Of a DNA stretch of 64,000 nt, positions 11,232 through 22,471 are shown piece after piece (positions within the stretch are counted from its first letter, which is position 1; each line of letters starts with the position of its first letter). Made by a program: the position numbers and the translations under genes. Below the pieces are notes generated by a model. The model made no database searches, had not been told where the DNA came from, and worked only from the letters and a program-made list of their open reading frames with translations. The DNA is from Naegleria gruberi (lineage: Eukaryota), in NCBI GenBank assembly GCA_000004985.1, contig GG738860.1, one strand, 5' to 3'.

Positions 11232-14200
11232 TACTGGAACAATTGCCAAAGTCTTTTCTGCTCCATACGGTGTTAAAAGCTTCCACAAACTTGAGAATGG
11301 TAATTTTATTTTCGCAGAGAAAAATTATCCTAGAATTGCCCTTTTCAAGACCAATAGCAGCAAGATTATCTACTTGGCTGGTCAATACGAACAAGGTTAC
11401 GATCCAATCGTTATTTCTGACAATGTGTTAGCAACCACAACAAGTGTGAATCATCCTCGATCACTCTATGTAAAGAATGGAGAGCTCTATTTTGCAGATA
11501 CCTACAACTCTCTCGTGAGAAAAATCACCCTCTCAACAGGAGTTCTCTCAACCATTGCTGGTAATGGAGGTGAGCGTTTTTATGGGGATGGTGGATTGGG
11601 AACGAGTGCTTCTTTGAACTATCCATATGGAATTCACTTACATACTGATGGTTCTATCTACATTGCCGATACTTACAATAGTAAGATTAGAAAGTTAGAC
11701 TCTTCCAAAAAGATTAGCTCAGTTGCTGGAAATGGATATTTGGGATATTCGGACAATACTCAACCATTGAGAGCTTCATTCAATTTGGCAGTAAGCGTTC
11801 TCATTAACAACGTAGGGGACATGTACATTTCAGATTATGCAAACAATGTAATTAGAAAGATGAGCTCCTCTGGTGCCATTACAACTATTGCTGGACAAGC
11901 AAAGATTTCTGGTTTTGCTGATAGTTTAAATGCAAAGACTGCTCTATTGAATGGTCCATTTGGATTATATTATCAGGAATCCACACAAACTCTCTTTTTT
12001 GCTGACAGTCTCAATGGTAGAATAAGAAAGCTAACAAAGAATGGAGCAATTGAAACAGTTCTTGCTTCAATTAACGATCCAAGAGAAATCTCATTCCACA
12101 CAACCCATGGTCACATGTACTTTACTTCTGGAGGTGACCAAACCATTAAGGTTCTATTCTCCAATGGTACTCTTTCTGTGCTCAACATTCCAAAAGATTA
12201 CTACATTGGTCTCCATGTTGATTCCACTAATGATTATCTCTATGCAAGTGGTTATACATACATTTATAGATTTTCCATTGCAGGAGGTAGTAGCATTGAT
12301 CACAATCAAACCGATCCAATCATCGATAACATTTCTAAGAATTGTACTAAGGGATGTGAAAAGGGTGAATGTGTGAATGGAACTTGCGTCTGTAAGGAAA
12401 ATTATGGAGGTGAAATTTGTGATAGGCCAATGTGTTTTGGAAAATTGAGCAATGAGAGTGGTGTGTGTAATACTCACGGAGTTTGTCTGCAACCAAACGT
12501 TTGCTACTGTTACGGAAATTGGGAGGCCGAAGAATGCACCCAATGTAAGAGTGGATTTACTGGTTCTAATTGCAGAACCTGTGCCGATGGTTTTGTTGGA
12601 GAATTGTGTAATATCCCTATTTGTTTCAACGTATTTGCTAATGAATCAAACGTTTGTTCTGGACATGGTTCTTGCAAATCTCCAAACAATTGTTCATGCT
12701 TTGGAAATTGGGAGGGAGAAAGTTGTCAATCTTGTAAGGAGGGATACACTGGCTCAGAATGTGACACTCCAGTTTGTTTCGGGTTCAGNNNNNNNNNNNN
12801 NNNNNNNNNNNNNNNNNNNNNNNNNNNNNNNNNNNNNNNNNNNNNNNNNNNNNNNNNNNNNNNNNNNNNNNNNNNNNNNNNNNNNNNNNNNNNNNNNNNN
12901 NNNNNNNNNNNNNNNNNNNNNNNNNNNNNNNNNNNNNNNNNNNNNNNNNNNNNNNNNNNNTGGGTTGGAGATTGTGTGATTCCTGTCAAGCTGGATACAG
13001 TGGTTCAAATTGTGATATTCCTGTTTGTTTTGGATCAAGCGTTGAAGGAGATGGTTCTTTGGTTTGCTCAGGGCACGGTAACTGTTCAGGACCAGATATG
13101 TGCACTTGTAACGAAAACTGGTCTGGAAATGATTGTTCCACTTGTAGAGAAGGTTATTATGGAGAAGACTGCTCCTCATGTACACCTGGATTCAGTGGTG
13201 AGAGATGTGACATTCCTTCATGCTTTGGTATTTCAGCAAATGCTAGTAATGTATGTTCTGGAAATGGTTATTGTTTCAGTCCAGATTTGTGCTCCTGCTT
13301 TGAGAATTGGAAGGGTGAAAGTTGTAATCAATGCAGTAGCGATTACATTGGTGAATTGTGTGATATTCCGTCCTGTTTTGGAGTGAATGGTAATGATAGA
13401 TCAGTTTGTTCTGGTCATGGCTCTTGTATTACCCCATCCAATTGTTCTTGTTTCAATAACTGGGAAGGAGCAATGTGTGAAAATTGTCCAACAGGTTTCT
13501 CTGGAGATGACTGCAAATCCTGTGACGAAAGTCACACTGGAGAGGGATGTGATGTTCCAATCTGTTACGGCCTTGCAGCTAATAATGAAAGTGTTTGCTC
13601 TGGAAATGGCAAGTGCATTGAGTCCTCTGTATGTGTTTGTTCTGGTTTTTGGACTGGAGCTAATTGTGATACTTGTCCAGAAAAGTATTCAGGATCGGCT
13701 TGTGATGTGCCAGTTTGTTATGGAGTAAGCGCTAACGATTCTATGGTTTGCTCTGGACATGGTTCTTGTGTTGCACCTTCTCAATGTTTTTGTGAAGGAA
13801 GATGGGCTGGAGAATTGTGTGATTCCTGCGTGGCTGGATATAATGGTTCAAATTGTGAAAATCCAATCTGCTTTGGAGAATTCAACACCTCTATTGTTTG
13901 TTCTGGTCATGGTTTGTGCTCAGCACTAGATGTTTGTGTGTGTAGCGAGCAATGGGCTGGAGAAACTTGTGGCAAATGTAATTCTGGATATTACGGAATA
14001 ACTTGTGAGCTTTCTTGTGATCCACAAATAGTGAAACCATCTCTCACAATCAAGCAAGGTTCAATAATTTCCTATGTGATTGGAACTTCTATTGCTTTGG
14101 AACCAGAATTGACAATTCCATTGTGCTATGCCGGTCATTTCAGCTCCATTAGCTATGGATATGCTTCTGATTTCTTTAACCAATCTCAACTGGTTCAGGT

Positions 14201-17200
14201 TGATAAATTCCTTGTCATTGGCGAATCAACCAAGAGCTCTGGAACTTTAATTTCTAACGAAGGTGAATATTCATTCAAGGTTATTGCTACACTTGGCAGG
14301 TTGGAAATTTCCACTTCCTTTGAATTTATTGTCAAGTCCAATTTGGCTTCGCTCACTCTTGATTTCAACATTCCAAATATGCTCACTCAATCCTTTGAAA
14401 AACCTTTGGAATTTGAAGTTAAAGCCTCTGATCCAAGCTTCCCTAGTGATTTAACTGAGGGTGATTTATCACTCAATTGTTGGAATCAAGATAATCAATT
14501 GGTAGAAAAGTTGGTTGACACTGTTTTCAATCATACTATTACAGTCTCAAAACAACTCAATCCAGGGCAATATGTTTGTGAAGCAACATTCAAGAAGGAT
14601 TCCAGAGTTATTACCAAGTCAATTCAGGTTGTCCTTGTTGATGTCTCTTCATCAAATGTACTCACTGTTACTCTTAAATTGGAAGGTCAAAATCCAACTT
14701 GGGTAAATCCAACAAAAGATTTGACCATATCAGCTGATATCAAAGAATCTATTGGTCCAAATGTTGTGTATGATTGGAAATCTCCATTCCAACCAATGGA
14801 TACAACTGTCTCGAATCAATTAGTTATTCCATCCAGTCAATTAGCTCTTGGAAAGAGGTATAACATTTCTCTGATTGTTACAGATGGAAGTAAGAAGGGA
14901 TTTGGATTTATTTCCTTCAAGACCTATAGTCCTCCTTCAATGGGATCATTCTCTGTTTCTCCTCTCTTTGGTTACTCTCTCACAACCAATTTCATGCTAT
15001 CTGGTGGTGTTGATTGGATTTCTTTCAATCAAGATGTCTTGACATTTACATTCATTTATAGAAGTGTAGGTTCTTTGGCATGGAAATCATTGGCTGAAAG
15101 TTCTGTTCAAACATCTCTCAATACTACTCTCCCTTCAGGAACATGGGAAACTTCAGTTTCAGTTTCCGATTCATTCTTATCATACACAATCTATGATAAA
15201 CCAGTCATAGTCCAGGTGAATACTACAGATTTAACTGTTGCTCAATTGAATTATGTTGCCTCTAATCCAATTACTCCATCAGTCATTTCTTCATTGATTA
15301 GTTATGTGAGCAGTGGTTCTTCTTCCAAGTGAAAGAACAATCAAAACAAATTGTCATGGATAGTATCAAGACATCTTTGACAAAGGAGACTCTTGACACT
15401 ACATTGACAGTTTCTTCATTGAAATCTGCCATTTCAGTTATTGATTCGGTGAGCTCAGTTGTTAATGTCTTTAGGGATAGTGAAAGTACTGTTGTTTTGG
15501 AATACTTTTCGACAGTATTACACAAGACAATATCCAATGGAATTCAAATGTCTTCTGATGATATTCAGCTATGTTTGAACTCTGCTACAAAATTTGAAGA
15601 ATTCTTCTTTGGATCAAAGAGACGAACTTCTCGTGCAGTATCTGATTCACTTGAAAAGATCACTCAGATTTATAATATTCTCACAGAAGTTCAGTTCAGA
15701 AAACTAAAGGAAGGCGAAGGCCCTTCAAGAATTTCAAGTTTATCATACTACTCGTATTGCAAATTTATGAAATCTGATTCGATTGCTCCATATTCTGATA
15801 CCATCACTCAAACTTCTCTTCAATTCTCCTTGTTGCAAGCCCTTAATACTTCAAGAGATACTTTGGGCGTTCCAGAGAATTCAATGGTATGCCTCAAGAT
15901 GTATTATGTTCAATCTTGGAGAAGTGTCATGCCAAGCTCTTATACTGTTGAGTTATCATTCTTGGATATTAAGCGTGATTATGCCTCTGTTTCAATTTCT
16001 AGTAGCCACAATATTGCAAAATTGACCATTCCAAGAATGAATACTGGAGTTGATAAGAAACAAACATGTTACCTTGTTGATACAATGAAAAAGGAAGAAT
16101 GCTCAATTTCCTCTACTAGTCCTCTTCAAATAGTTATTCAAACCACCAAGACTGGAAAATTCTTTGTTGGTTACTATGAAGATGCTGCAACGCCAATTGT
16201 TAATCCTTCCAATGGTGACGTTTCCCTCAGTGCTTTTATTGTCATATTTGCCATCATTCTTCCAATATTAGTTTGTGGTTGTATTTGTGCAGCACTTGCT
16301 ATTGTTTGTGGTTGTGCCTGTAAGAAATGGAAAGCTAGAGCAGCATTGAACAGCCATTCAATTCTCCGAAGTACTCAATCATTACCACTTCCAAATGAAC
16401 GATTGGATGTAACATTTGATGATATCAATGTCTATAATACTGGAATTAATAGTAGTCCTTTATTGCCACTCTATATTCAACCAAGTGAACTTAAACTCTT
16501 GTCGAAACTGGGAAGTGGTGGATATGGAAGTGTTCATAAGGCCTATTGGAAAGATCAACTTGTTGCTGTCAAGTCTACTCCAGTTCCAGATAACTCCAAG
16601 CAAATTGAAATTCCAAGAGAAGCTGCACTCATGTATTCATTGAAACATCCAAATATTGTTGAATGTTACGGTATTTCTATTAAGGGAAAGGAACAATTAA
16701 TTGTTATGGAATATGTTAATGGAAATTTGAATCAATTGATTGGGGATTTGTGTAGAAAATCTATCAAGATGGATTTGGATGAAAAGATTGAAATTTTACT
16801 TCAAATTGCCACTGGTATGAATTACTTGCATCAATTGAATCCTTCCATTGTTCACAGAGATTTGACTCCTGCTAATGTGTTATTTGATCCAAGAACAAAA
16901 GCTTGTAAGATTTGTGATTTTGGTCTCAGTAAGCCGCTCAACTTGGAAAATACTGAAACCAAGAATAGGAGTACCATATATTTCGTTCCTAACGAGCTTA
17001 TTTGTTGTACAGATCCAAATTTAACCAATAATCCACGTGCCATTGATGTTTACAGTTTCTCCATTCTTGCTTGGCAAGTAATCTTTGAAGACCATCCTTA
17101 TCTGTATATCAATAAGGAAAAACTCTTCTCCAACTCTAAATTCAAACACACTCCATATGTTGATGTGACCAATGACAACTTATTGGCAAGAGTTGCTACT

Positions 17201-17434
17201 GGATTGAGACCTGTCATTCCATTCAATGCTGATACAGTTTCTAAATGGACTCAAAAATTCATCAAATCCAAGTATGATAATGATTTGATAGCACTCTCAA
17301 TGATTGCCATAGCTCAACTCGTTCAAAATTGTTGGAACTTGAATCCTCATTTGAGACCCAACTTCCAAGATGTTAGTGATACATTACAAACATGCAAAAA
17401 TACTCTCTCCAGTAACCATCCTCTCTTAGTTTAA
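11232..17434 (+). CDS. Giant receptor-type protein kinase. The 5' part lies in the gap, there is an internal 172-N gap at 12789-12960, and a frame discontinuity occurs near 15305-15371. Domain order is NHL beta-propeller, about 15 EGF-like modules, a beta-rich extracellular region, one TM helix and a cytoplasmic TKL-type kinase domain.
   Basis: NHL-type repeats span 11232-12300 (YPYGIHLHTDGSIYIADTYNSKIRKL). Tandem Cys-rich modules of the form C..C..GY.G..C..P.CFG....VCSGHG.C.....C.C...W.G..C span 12340-14010. The TM segment SAFIVIFAIILPILVCGCICAALAIVCGCAC lies near 16225-16320. The kinase carries GSGGYGSVHKAYW..VAVK, HRDLTPANVLF and DFG motifs at 16480-17400, with a TAA stop at 17432-17434. 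The ORF track splits the gene into 12774..15332 and 15329..17434 because of a -1 frame change. Confidence 0.75.
12789..12960. other. Assembly gap of 172 N inside the EGF-repeat region of the receptor-kinase gene
   Basis: Run of N. Confidence 1.
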
Positions 17435-17486
17435 CGCAACATTAATAAATTGTTACCAATAACAATTATAAAACAGTGGCAAAATT

Positions 17487-17560
17487 TGCCTCCCTTGGGA
17501 ATCGAACCCAAGACCTCTGTCTTACTAGGACAGCGCTACTGCCAACTGAGCTAGGAAGGC
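17487..17560 (-). tRNA. tRNA-Thr (anticodon AGU)
   Basis: Reverse complement is GCCTTCCTAGCTCAGTTGGCAGTAGCGCTGTCCTAGTAAGACAGAGGTCTTGGGTTCGATTCCCAAGGGAGGCA. Anticodon stem CTGTC/GACAG with loop CTAGTAA gives AGT, and acceptor GCCTTCC pairs with GGGAGGC. Confidence 0.9.
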
Positions 17561-17632
17561 TCACGTTAGTTTTTGCAAAATGGCTTACATAGTTTCAAAA
17601 TTATCATTATATTGTGTTTATTTAAGGTTTGG

Positions 17633-18019
17633 TTAAAGATTCAATGAGTCTCTTATTGCTTTGTTTTGCTCTTTTAAAACTTCAAGAGATCCATCCATTG
17701 ACAAGAGCTCTTCATCTACATCCTTTGTCTTTTCAATATCCTTCTTTACCATTTTGTGCATGTCACTAGCAAACATTTTGGATAATCCTGCAACAATACC
17801 CTTTGGAACAGAACCTTTCATATCCATGAAATCAAAAATGTAATATCTGGTCGAGTTTGTTGTTTGTCTCTCAATAACAACAGCTGTGTAGAGCGACACT
17901 CGAATAAAATCCTTCTTGATTGGTGAGTCATCGTGAGCTGAAGGCTTTGAAATAATTACAAATCTATCAAATTCATCCGTTTCCTCATTATATTTATCAG
18001 GTATGATGGTTCTAGCCAT
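17633..18019 (-). CDS. Hypothetical protein of 128 aa. It could be a START/Bet v1-like fold or the terminal exon of a larger gene.
   Basis: Open reading frame with protein-like composition and no diagnostic motif recognised. Confidence 0.35.
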   Translation of the reverse strand: MARTIIPDKYNEETDEFDRFVIISKPSAHDDSPIKKDFIRVSLYTAVVIERQTTNSTRYYIFDFMDMKGSVPKGIVAGLSKMFASDMHKMVKKDIEKTKDVDEELLSMDGSLEVLKEQNKAIRDSLNL

Positions 18020-18095
18020 GACAATTTCTCTCTTAGTGAATGGGAACCCAATCTATTAGTTTTAAGTTTTACAAATAGTATTATACATAGTAAAC

Positions 18096-19136
18096 TTAAT
18101 CACCCAACCAAATTGAATTTTGAAAACTTACATCCAACTGATGGTAAATAATAGTATTAGGATATTCAATTCCCTTTTCATGATTAATCTTTAAATATTC
18201 CAATTGGAATTTTCTCTTATAGAATGAGTTAATCTTCTTTTCAAATGATTTCTTAAAAAATAGATTGAAAATACTCTTGTGATCTCCACTCATCAATCCA
18301 GTAAAACAAATCACTGGTAGGGCTTCTTCACCTAAATTCATATAATAATTATTAACACTGGTAAGTGTTTTGGTTCCAGTCTTTTCATCTGCCACTTTCC
18401 ACCTGTTGCTATCGTTCAATGTTGATATTAATTCTTTCAAAATTTCATAATCCTTTGGAGTGACATAGATTGAGGTATTATCAATTAGGGGTCTATCTTT
18501 ATCCTTGATGGGTGTACTCTTTGCTATTTCCTCTATAAAGCTATCACTATCACTCGAATCCTGTGAAATGCTACTGTCTGATCTATCCAATGCTTTTTTG
18601 GTCCCTAATTGTTCAAGTAATTGTGACGGAGAGTCCTTGTATTCTGGCTTTTTAGCTTCCTTCTTTAAAAAGGATTTAAATTGTTCAGATTCGGTAAATC
18701 TTGGAAAATTATCTTGTTTCAATTCGGAAAAGATGACGTTCTGAGCTTTTTGGAACAAGTCCGATGGACATTCTATTAATTCAACTGCTTTTCCTTCATT
18801 AAATTCTTGAGTTAAACTCCAAATCTTTAGAATATCTTTCCTAATGGTCATTGACAAGTTTAATTCATGTTTGGCACTCACAACAATAAAAGTATTCATA
18901 ATTTCCACAGCCATATCAAATCTATTCTTGTCCAATCTTGTTTTTTGATACTTTTCAACCATTTCATAAAACATGAAAGGATCTTCATTCAAATTATCCT
19001 TTAAAAACTTTCGGAAACAATCACGAGCACTTTCATGATCAAAAACTGCTTCAATATTGAATTTATATCGTTGAATGAGAGAATCGTCCAAACCAACTGT
19101 TGGTTTCTGCGGTTGGCCTGACAGGTTATTCAACAT
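18096..19136 (-). CDS. RGS (regulator of G-protein signalling) domain protein of about 346 aa
   Basis: RGS-domain hallmarks are present in the N-terminal 150 aa: FEAVFDHESARDCFRKFLKDNLNEDPFMFYEMVEKYQK ... SAKHELNLSMTIRKDI ... FSELKQDNFPRFTESEQFKSFL. The start is taken as ATG MLNNLSGQPQ at 19134-19136, because the ORF-track start is a TTG. Confidence 0.75.
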   Translation of the reverse strand: MLNNLSGQPQKPTVGLDDSLIQRYKFNIEAVFDHESARDCFRKFLKDNLNEDPFMFYEMVEKYQKTRLDKNRFDMAVEIMNTFIVVSAKHELNLSMTIRKDILKIWSLTQEFNEGKAVELIECPSDLFQKAQNVIFSELKQDNFPRFTESEQFKSFLKKEAKKPEYKDSPSQLLEQLGTKKALDRSDSSISQDSSDSDSFIEEIAKSTPIKDKDRPLIDNTSIYVTPKDYEILKELISTLNDSNRWKVADEKTGTKTLTSVNNYYMNLGEEALPVICFTGLMSGDHKSIFNLFFKKSFEKKINSFYKRKFQLEYLKINHEKGIEYPNTIIYHQLDVSFQNSIWLGD

Positions 19137-19378
19137 TTTTTTCTTATTAGTTTCGGATGAGATAACTATTGTCTTCCAACACAATACCACATAGCTCTAA
19201 GATATTTATTACTCCATACTATTTTGATTGTGTTCGTTCTTCTATTAATATAACCATTGAAGGTTTGTATATCCGAGGCCCTAGCAGCAAGTCCTCTCCG
19301 TTGTCCGATTCCAACCAAGGCTTTCATTCACTGATCATCATCATTAAACATTAAATAATAATTAATAATAAATTATAA

Positions 19379-19642
19379 TTAATTAATCCATTCAAAATCG
19401 GAAGGAGGAGGTACATTATCATCATCTATATGATTTGTTAAATAGGAGGTTGTTACTGATGATGATGAATTGAATAATGTTTCTTCGGAAACGTCCTTTT
19501 TATTCTTTTTAGAACGATCATCATCAGAGTCTTGTCTTTTTCGCTTTTTAAAATCCTGATCATCGTGATCCGAGAGGTTAACCTGTTGTGAGTAGTGGTG
19601 GTAAAACATTGAGTTATTATTTGAGGTGTTGGTGGTGTTCAT
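19379..19642 (-). CDS. Small acidic, basic-patch hypothetical protein of 87 aa
   Basis: ORF only, with low complexity. Confidence 0.3.
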   Translation of the reverse strand: MNTTNTSNNNSMFYHHYSQQVNLSDHDDQDFKKRKRQDSDDDRSKKNKKDVSEETLFNSSSSVTTSYLTNHIDDDNVPPPSDFEWIN

Positions 19643-19980
19643 GATTTGTAGATGATTAGAGTATTTTTTTACAAATTCAAATTTATTTGATATTTTTGAA
19701 ATAGAGTTTCAATTCTTGTTGGCGGGAAACAATGATAATATCCAACACAGAGTACTTCAATTCTTGATCAAGTTTCTCCAGAGTTTAAAGATTGAGAATT
19801 TAATGTTGTGAAAAGTTGAAAGTTAAGTTTCGAATAAAAAAACATTTGATATCAAAGTTAGTCGAAAGTTCTTCCTTATTGGTCATGTGAAATTGATGTT
19901 TTGCTTTGAAATGTTTGTTTCCTTTTAACCACCAATCATCAAAAAAATTCATCATCCATTTACTCACTTTCGAATAAAAT

Positions 19981-21486
19981 ATGATGGAGGGACGAAACTT
20001 ATTCTCTCGATGTATTTCCATCTTTCTAATAGTTATTGGCATTTGTTGTTTGTTTGGAAGTGGCACTTTTGTGGAAGGAAAGTTTAGTTTCAAGTCAGCC
20101 ATTAGTAAAGTAAAGAATAGCGTTTCGAATAAAATTAAACAGGCAGAAAGAAAGATAAAGGATCGCATTCGTCAGGTCAAAGATGTATCTTTTGGCAAGT
20201 GGAAGAATATCAAACAGAAAGCTAAAAAGAAGTTATTCGATTCTGTTTCAAAGGTTTCTAACAAGTTGAAGAATAGGGCCAACAAGAAGAAACAATTGTT
20301 CATGAAATATTCCTCTAAAATTAAACAACAAGCAAAGAAATTGAAGGGAAAATACAAGAAACTCTCCAACAAATTGAAGAATAGCAAAATTGTAAAGAAA
20401 ATCAAAGAAAAATCACAGAAATTTAAAAAGAGCAAATTTGGACGAAAGATTTCTTCCAAGATTGAAACAACTAAACAAGCATTGAGAAAGGCAGGTAAGA
20501 AAATTGACAAAATCTTCTCTCCAATCAAGAAATCTCTAAAGAAAGTTTCTCAAAAGATTGCAAAGAAGGCATTGAAAGAATTAAACAAAATTGGAAAGAA
20601 AATTAGCGAAACTAAAGGTTGGAAAATCTTGAAAAAACAAGCAAAGAAACTTTTACATTGGAAGAGTGGTGCAAAGAATGACCAAACTAAAGGTGTTACC
20701 AAATTGGAAACTTTAAACGGAATGAATAGTAATCAAAAGGTCACACCCAAGTCATCAATCACTGCCAAATCAGTTGAATTGGCATCTGAATTCTCAAAAG
20801 CCAATGACAATGATGCAAAGAGTGAAGCATTATTGAAACAACAAGGTTACAAGCCAATTCTTGAAAAGGATCACAAAATTGAAAAGATTGCTTCTAAAGT
20901 TTGGTACAATGAAAAAGATAAGACCCTTGTAGTTTCGTATAGAGGAACTGATGTAAATTCTGTTGTGGATTGGGGAAATAACTTTGATATGAAGATGAAA
21001 CCTGCCTATTTCAATGGAAAATACGTTGGAAAAGTTCACTCTGGTTTCTATAAGCATTACATGAAAGATAGAAAGGAAATCAACAAGCTCATTAATCAAT
21101 ATCAAAAGGAAGGAAAAGTTTCCAAGATTGTTTTCACAGGACACAGTAAGGGAGGCGCACTGAGTGAACTTGCAGCCACCGATTACAAATTGAATCACAA
21201 GAATAATGCAGCCAAAATTGAATTAATTACATTTGGTAATCCAAGAGTTGGAGATAAGGAACACGCTCAAATAGTCAATAAGAATATTAAGGATTTCGTT
21301 CGTGTTGTCAATATGGTGGATAAGAATGGTAATGGACCAGCTCAGAAAGACATTGTTGCTCAAATGCCACCACAAGAATTAGGATTTGCTCATGCAGGAA
21401 ATGAAGTTCAAATTGAATGTGAACAAGGTGGATATGCTTCATGCCATGGATTGGATAATTATATGAAAAATTTGGATCCAAAATAA
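19981..21486 (+). CDS. Secreted class-3 (fungal-type) triacylglycerol lipase with a Lys-rich repetitive N-terminal region
   Basis: Signal peptide MMEGRNLFSRCISIFLIVIGICCLFG is followed by a long K-rich low-complexity stretch. The lipase_3 core carries YRGTDVNSVVDWGNN, and the nucleophile elbow GHSKGGALSELAA is of the GHSxG type. Confidence 0.85.
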   Translation: MMEGRNLFSRCISIFLIVIGICCLFGSGTFVEGKFSFKSAISKVKNSVSNKIKQAERKIKDRIRQVKDVSFGKWKNIKQKAKKKLFDSVSKVSNKLKNRANKKKQLFMKYSSKIKQQAKKLKGKYKKLSNKLKNSKIVKKIKEKSQKFKKSKFGRKISSKIETTKQALRKAGKKIDKIFSPIKKSLKKVSQKIAKKALKELNKIGKKISETKGWKILKKQAKKLLHWKSGAKNDQTKGVTKLETLNGMNSNQKVTPKSSITAKSVELASEFSKANDNDAKSEALLKQQGYKPILEKDHKIEKIASKVWYNEKDKTLVVSYRGTDVNSVVDWGNNFDMKMKPAYFNGKYVGKVHSGFYKHYMKDRKEINKLINQYQKEGKVSKIVFTGHSKGGALSELAATDYKLNHKNNAAKIELITFGNPRVGDKEHAQIVNKNIKDFVRVVNMVDKNGNGPAQKDIVAQMPPQELGFAHAGNEVQIECEQGGYASCHGLDNYMKNLDPK

Positions 21487-22312
21487 ATGCAAACAAGTGA
21501 TATACTCCAACATAAAAACTTTGAAATATTTACATACATGTTGGCTGGTGGAATTTGTGAAGGCATTACAAGTTTGGGTTACTCCTCGAAATTTCAACAC
21601 CACCCCCATTTATCAAATCAAGAAATTCAATGATGAGGACAATATGAACAAATTGAGTCCTTTCATTATTCCAAATTGGTACTAATATTTCCAGTCTTCT
21701 ATCTCCATTTACTCCCTTTGAAGGTTGTTAAATTAATATCATATTCCAATAAGTGTTGTATTAGAAATATTGGGTCAATTGAAACTTACCTCTGTTTCTA
21801 GGCTTAAAATTGTATAGGCAGTGTCAATTTCGTCTTCATAGGAATTTTCCTCACTTCTGGTCGAGCTGACATCGCTGGACTTTTTCATCTTACTCTCATC
21901 CTCTTGAGATCTCTTTCTTTTAAGGTTATTTTCAATGGTTATGTCCTTCACCACTGCCTTGACAATTACATTAGTACGATGAAAACGTTAAAGAGTAGTA
22001 GGAATCTCAAATAATTCCTTGTAATAAATCCAAGGAATGTTGACATACCTTGCTTTGAATGATTCAAAATCTTGAAAGTCTGGAATAGGATATTGCCTCG
22101 AAGGTCCAAATGTTGTACATTCTGTTGTTCCAAATCGTCAAGTTTTCATTCATTTACCTGCAATGGGATTCAACCTTTACATCAATAAATTCACATTAAT
22201 TGAAAAGTTTAGGGTTATCACCTTAATAGAACATTGAGCTATTTCAGAATATTGAGCTATTTCTTTTTTTGGTATTAAGAGAAATATGAATACAATAAAA
22301 TGCAAAAGAACA

Positions 22313-22383
22313 GGGGGCGAGGGGGAATCGAACCCCCGGCCACAGCTTTGGAGGCTGCGATGTTACCATTACACCACCGCCCC
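22313..22383 (-). tRNA. tRNA-Trp (anticodon CCA)
   Basis: Reverse complement is GGGGCGGTGGTGTAATGGTAACATCGCAGCCTCCAAAGCTGTGGCCGGGGGTTCGATTCCCCCTCGCCCCC. Anticodon stem GCAGC/GCTGT with loop CTCCAAA gives CCA. Confidence 0.9.
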
Positions 22384-22471
22384 TGTTATCTTAATCTGTA
22401 AGACTTACAATCCTAACAATTAGCTTATCCCGTATTAGCACATAATAAAAGACCACATCTCAGTTCCATTC

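Noticed and set aside
2130-13386. Six very long ORFs on both strands spanning 2130-13386, most of whose residues are X
   Set aside because: They lie inside the 8970-N scaffold gap. N triplets translate to X and never to stop codons, so the ORFs are artefacts. Only the real-sequence parts before 2262 and after 11232 carry information.
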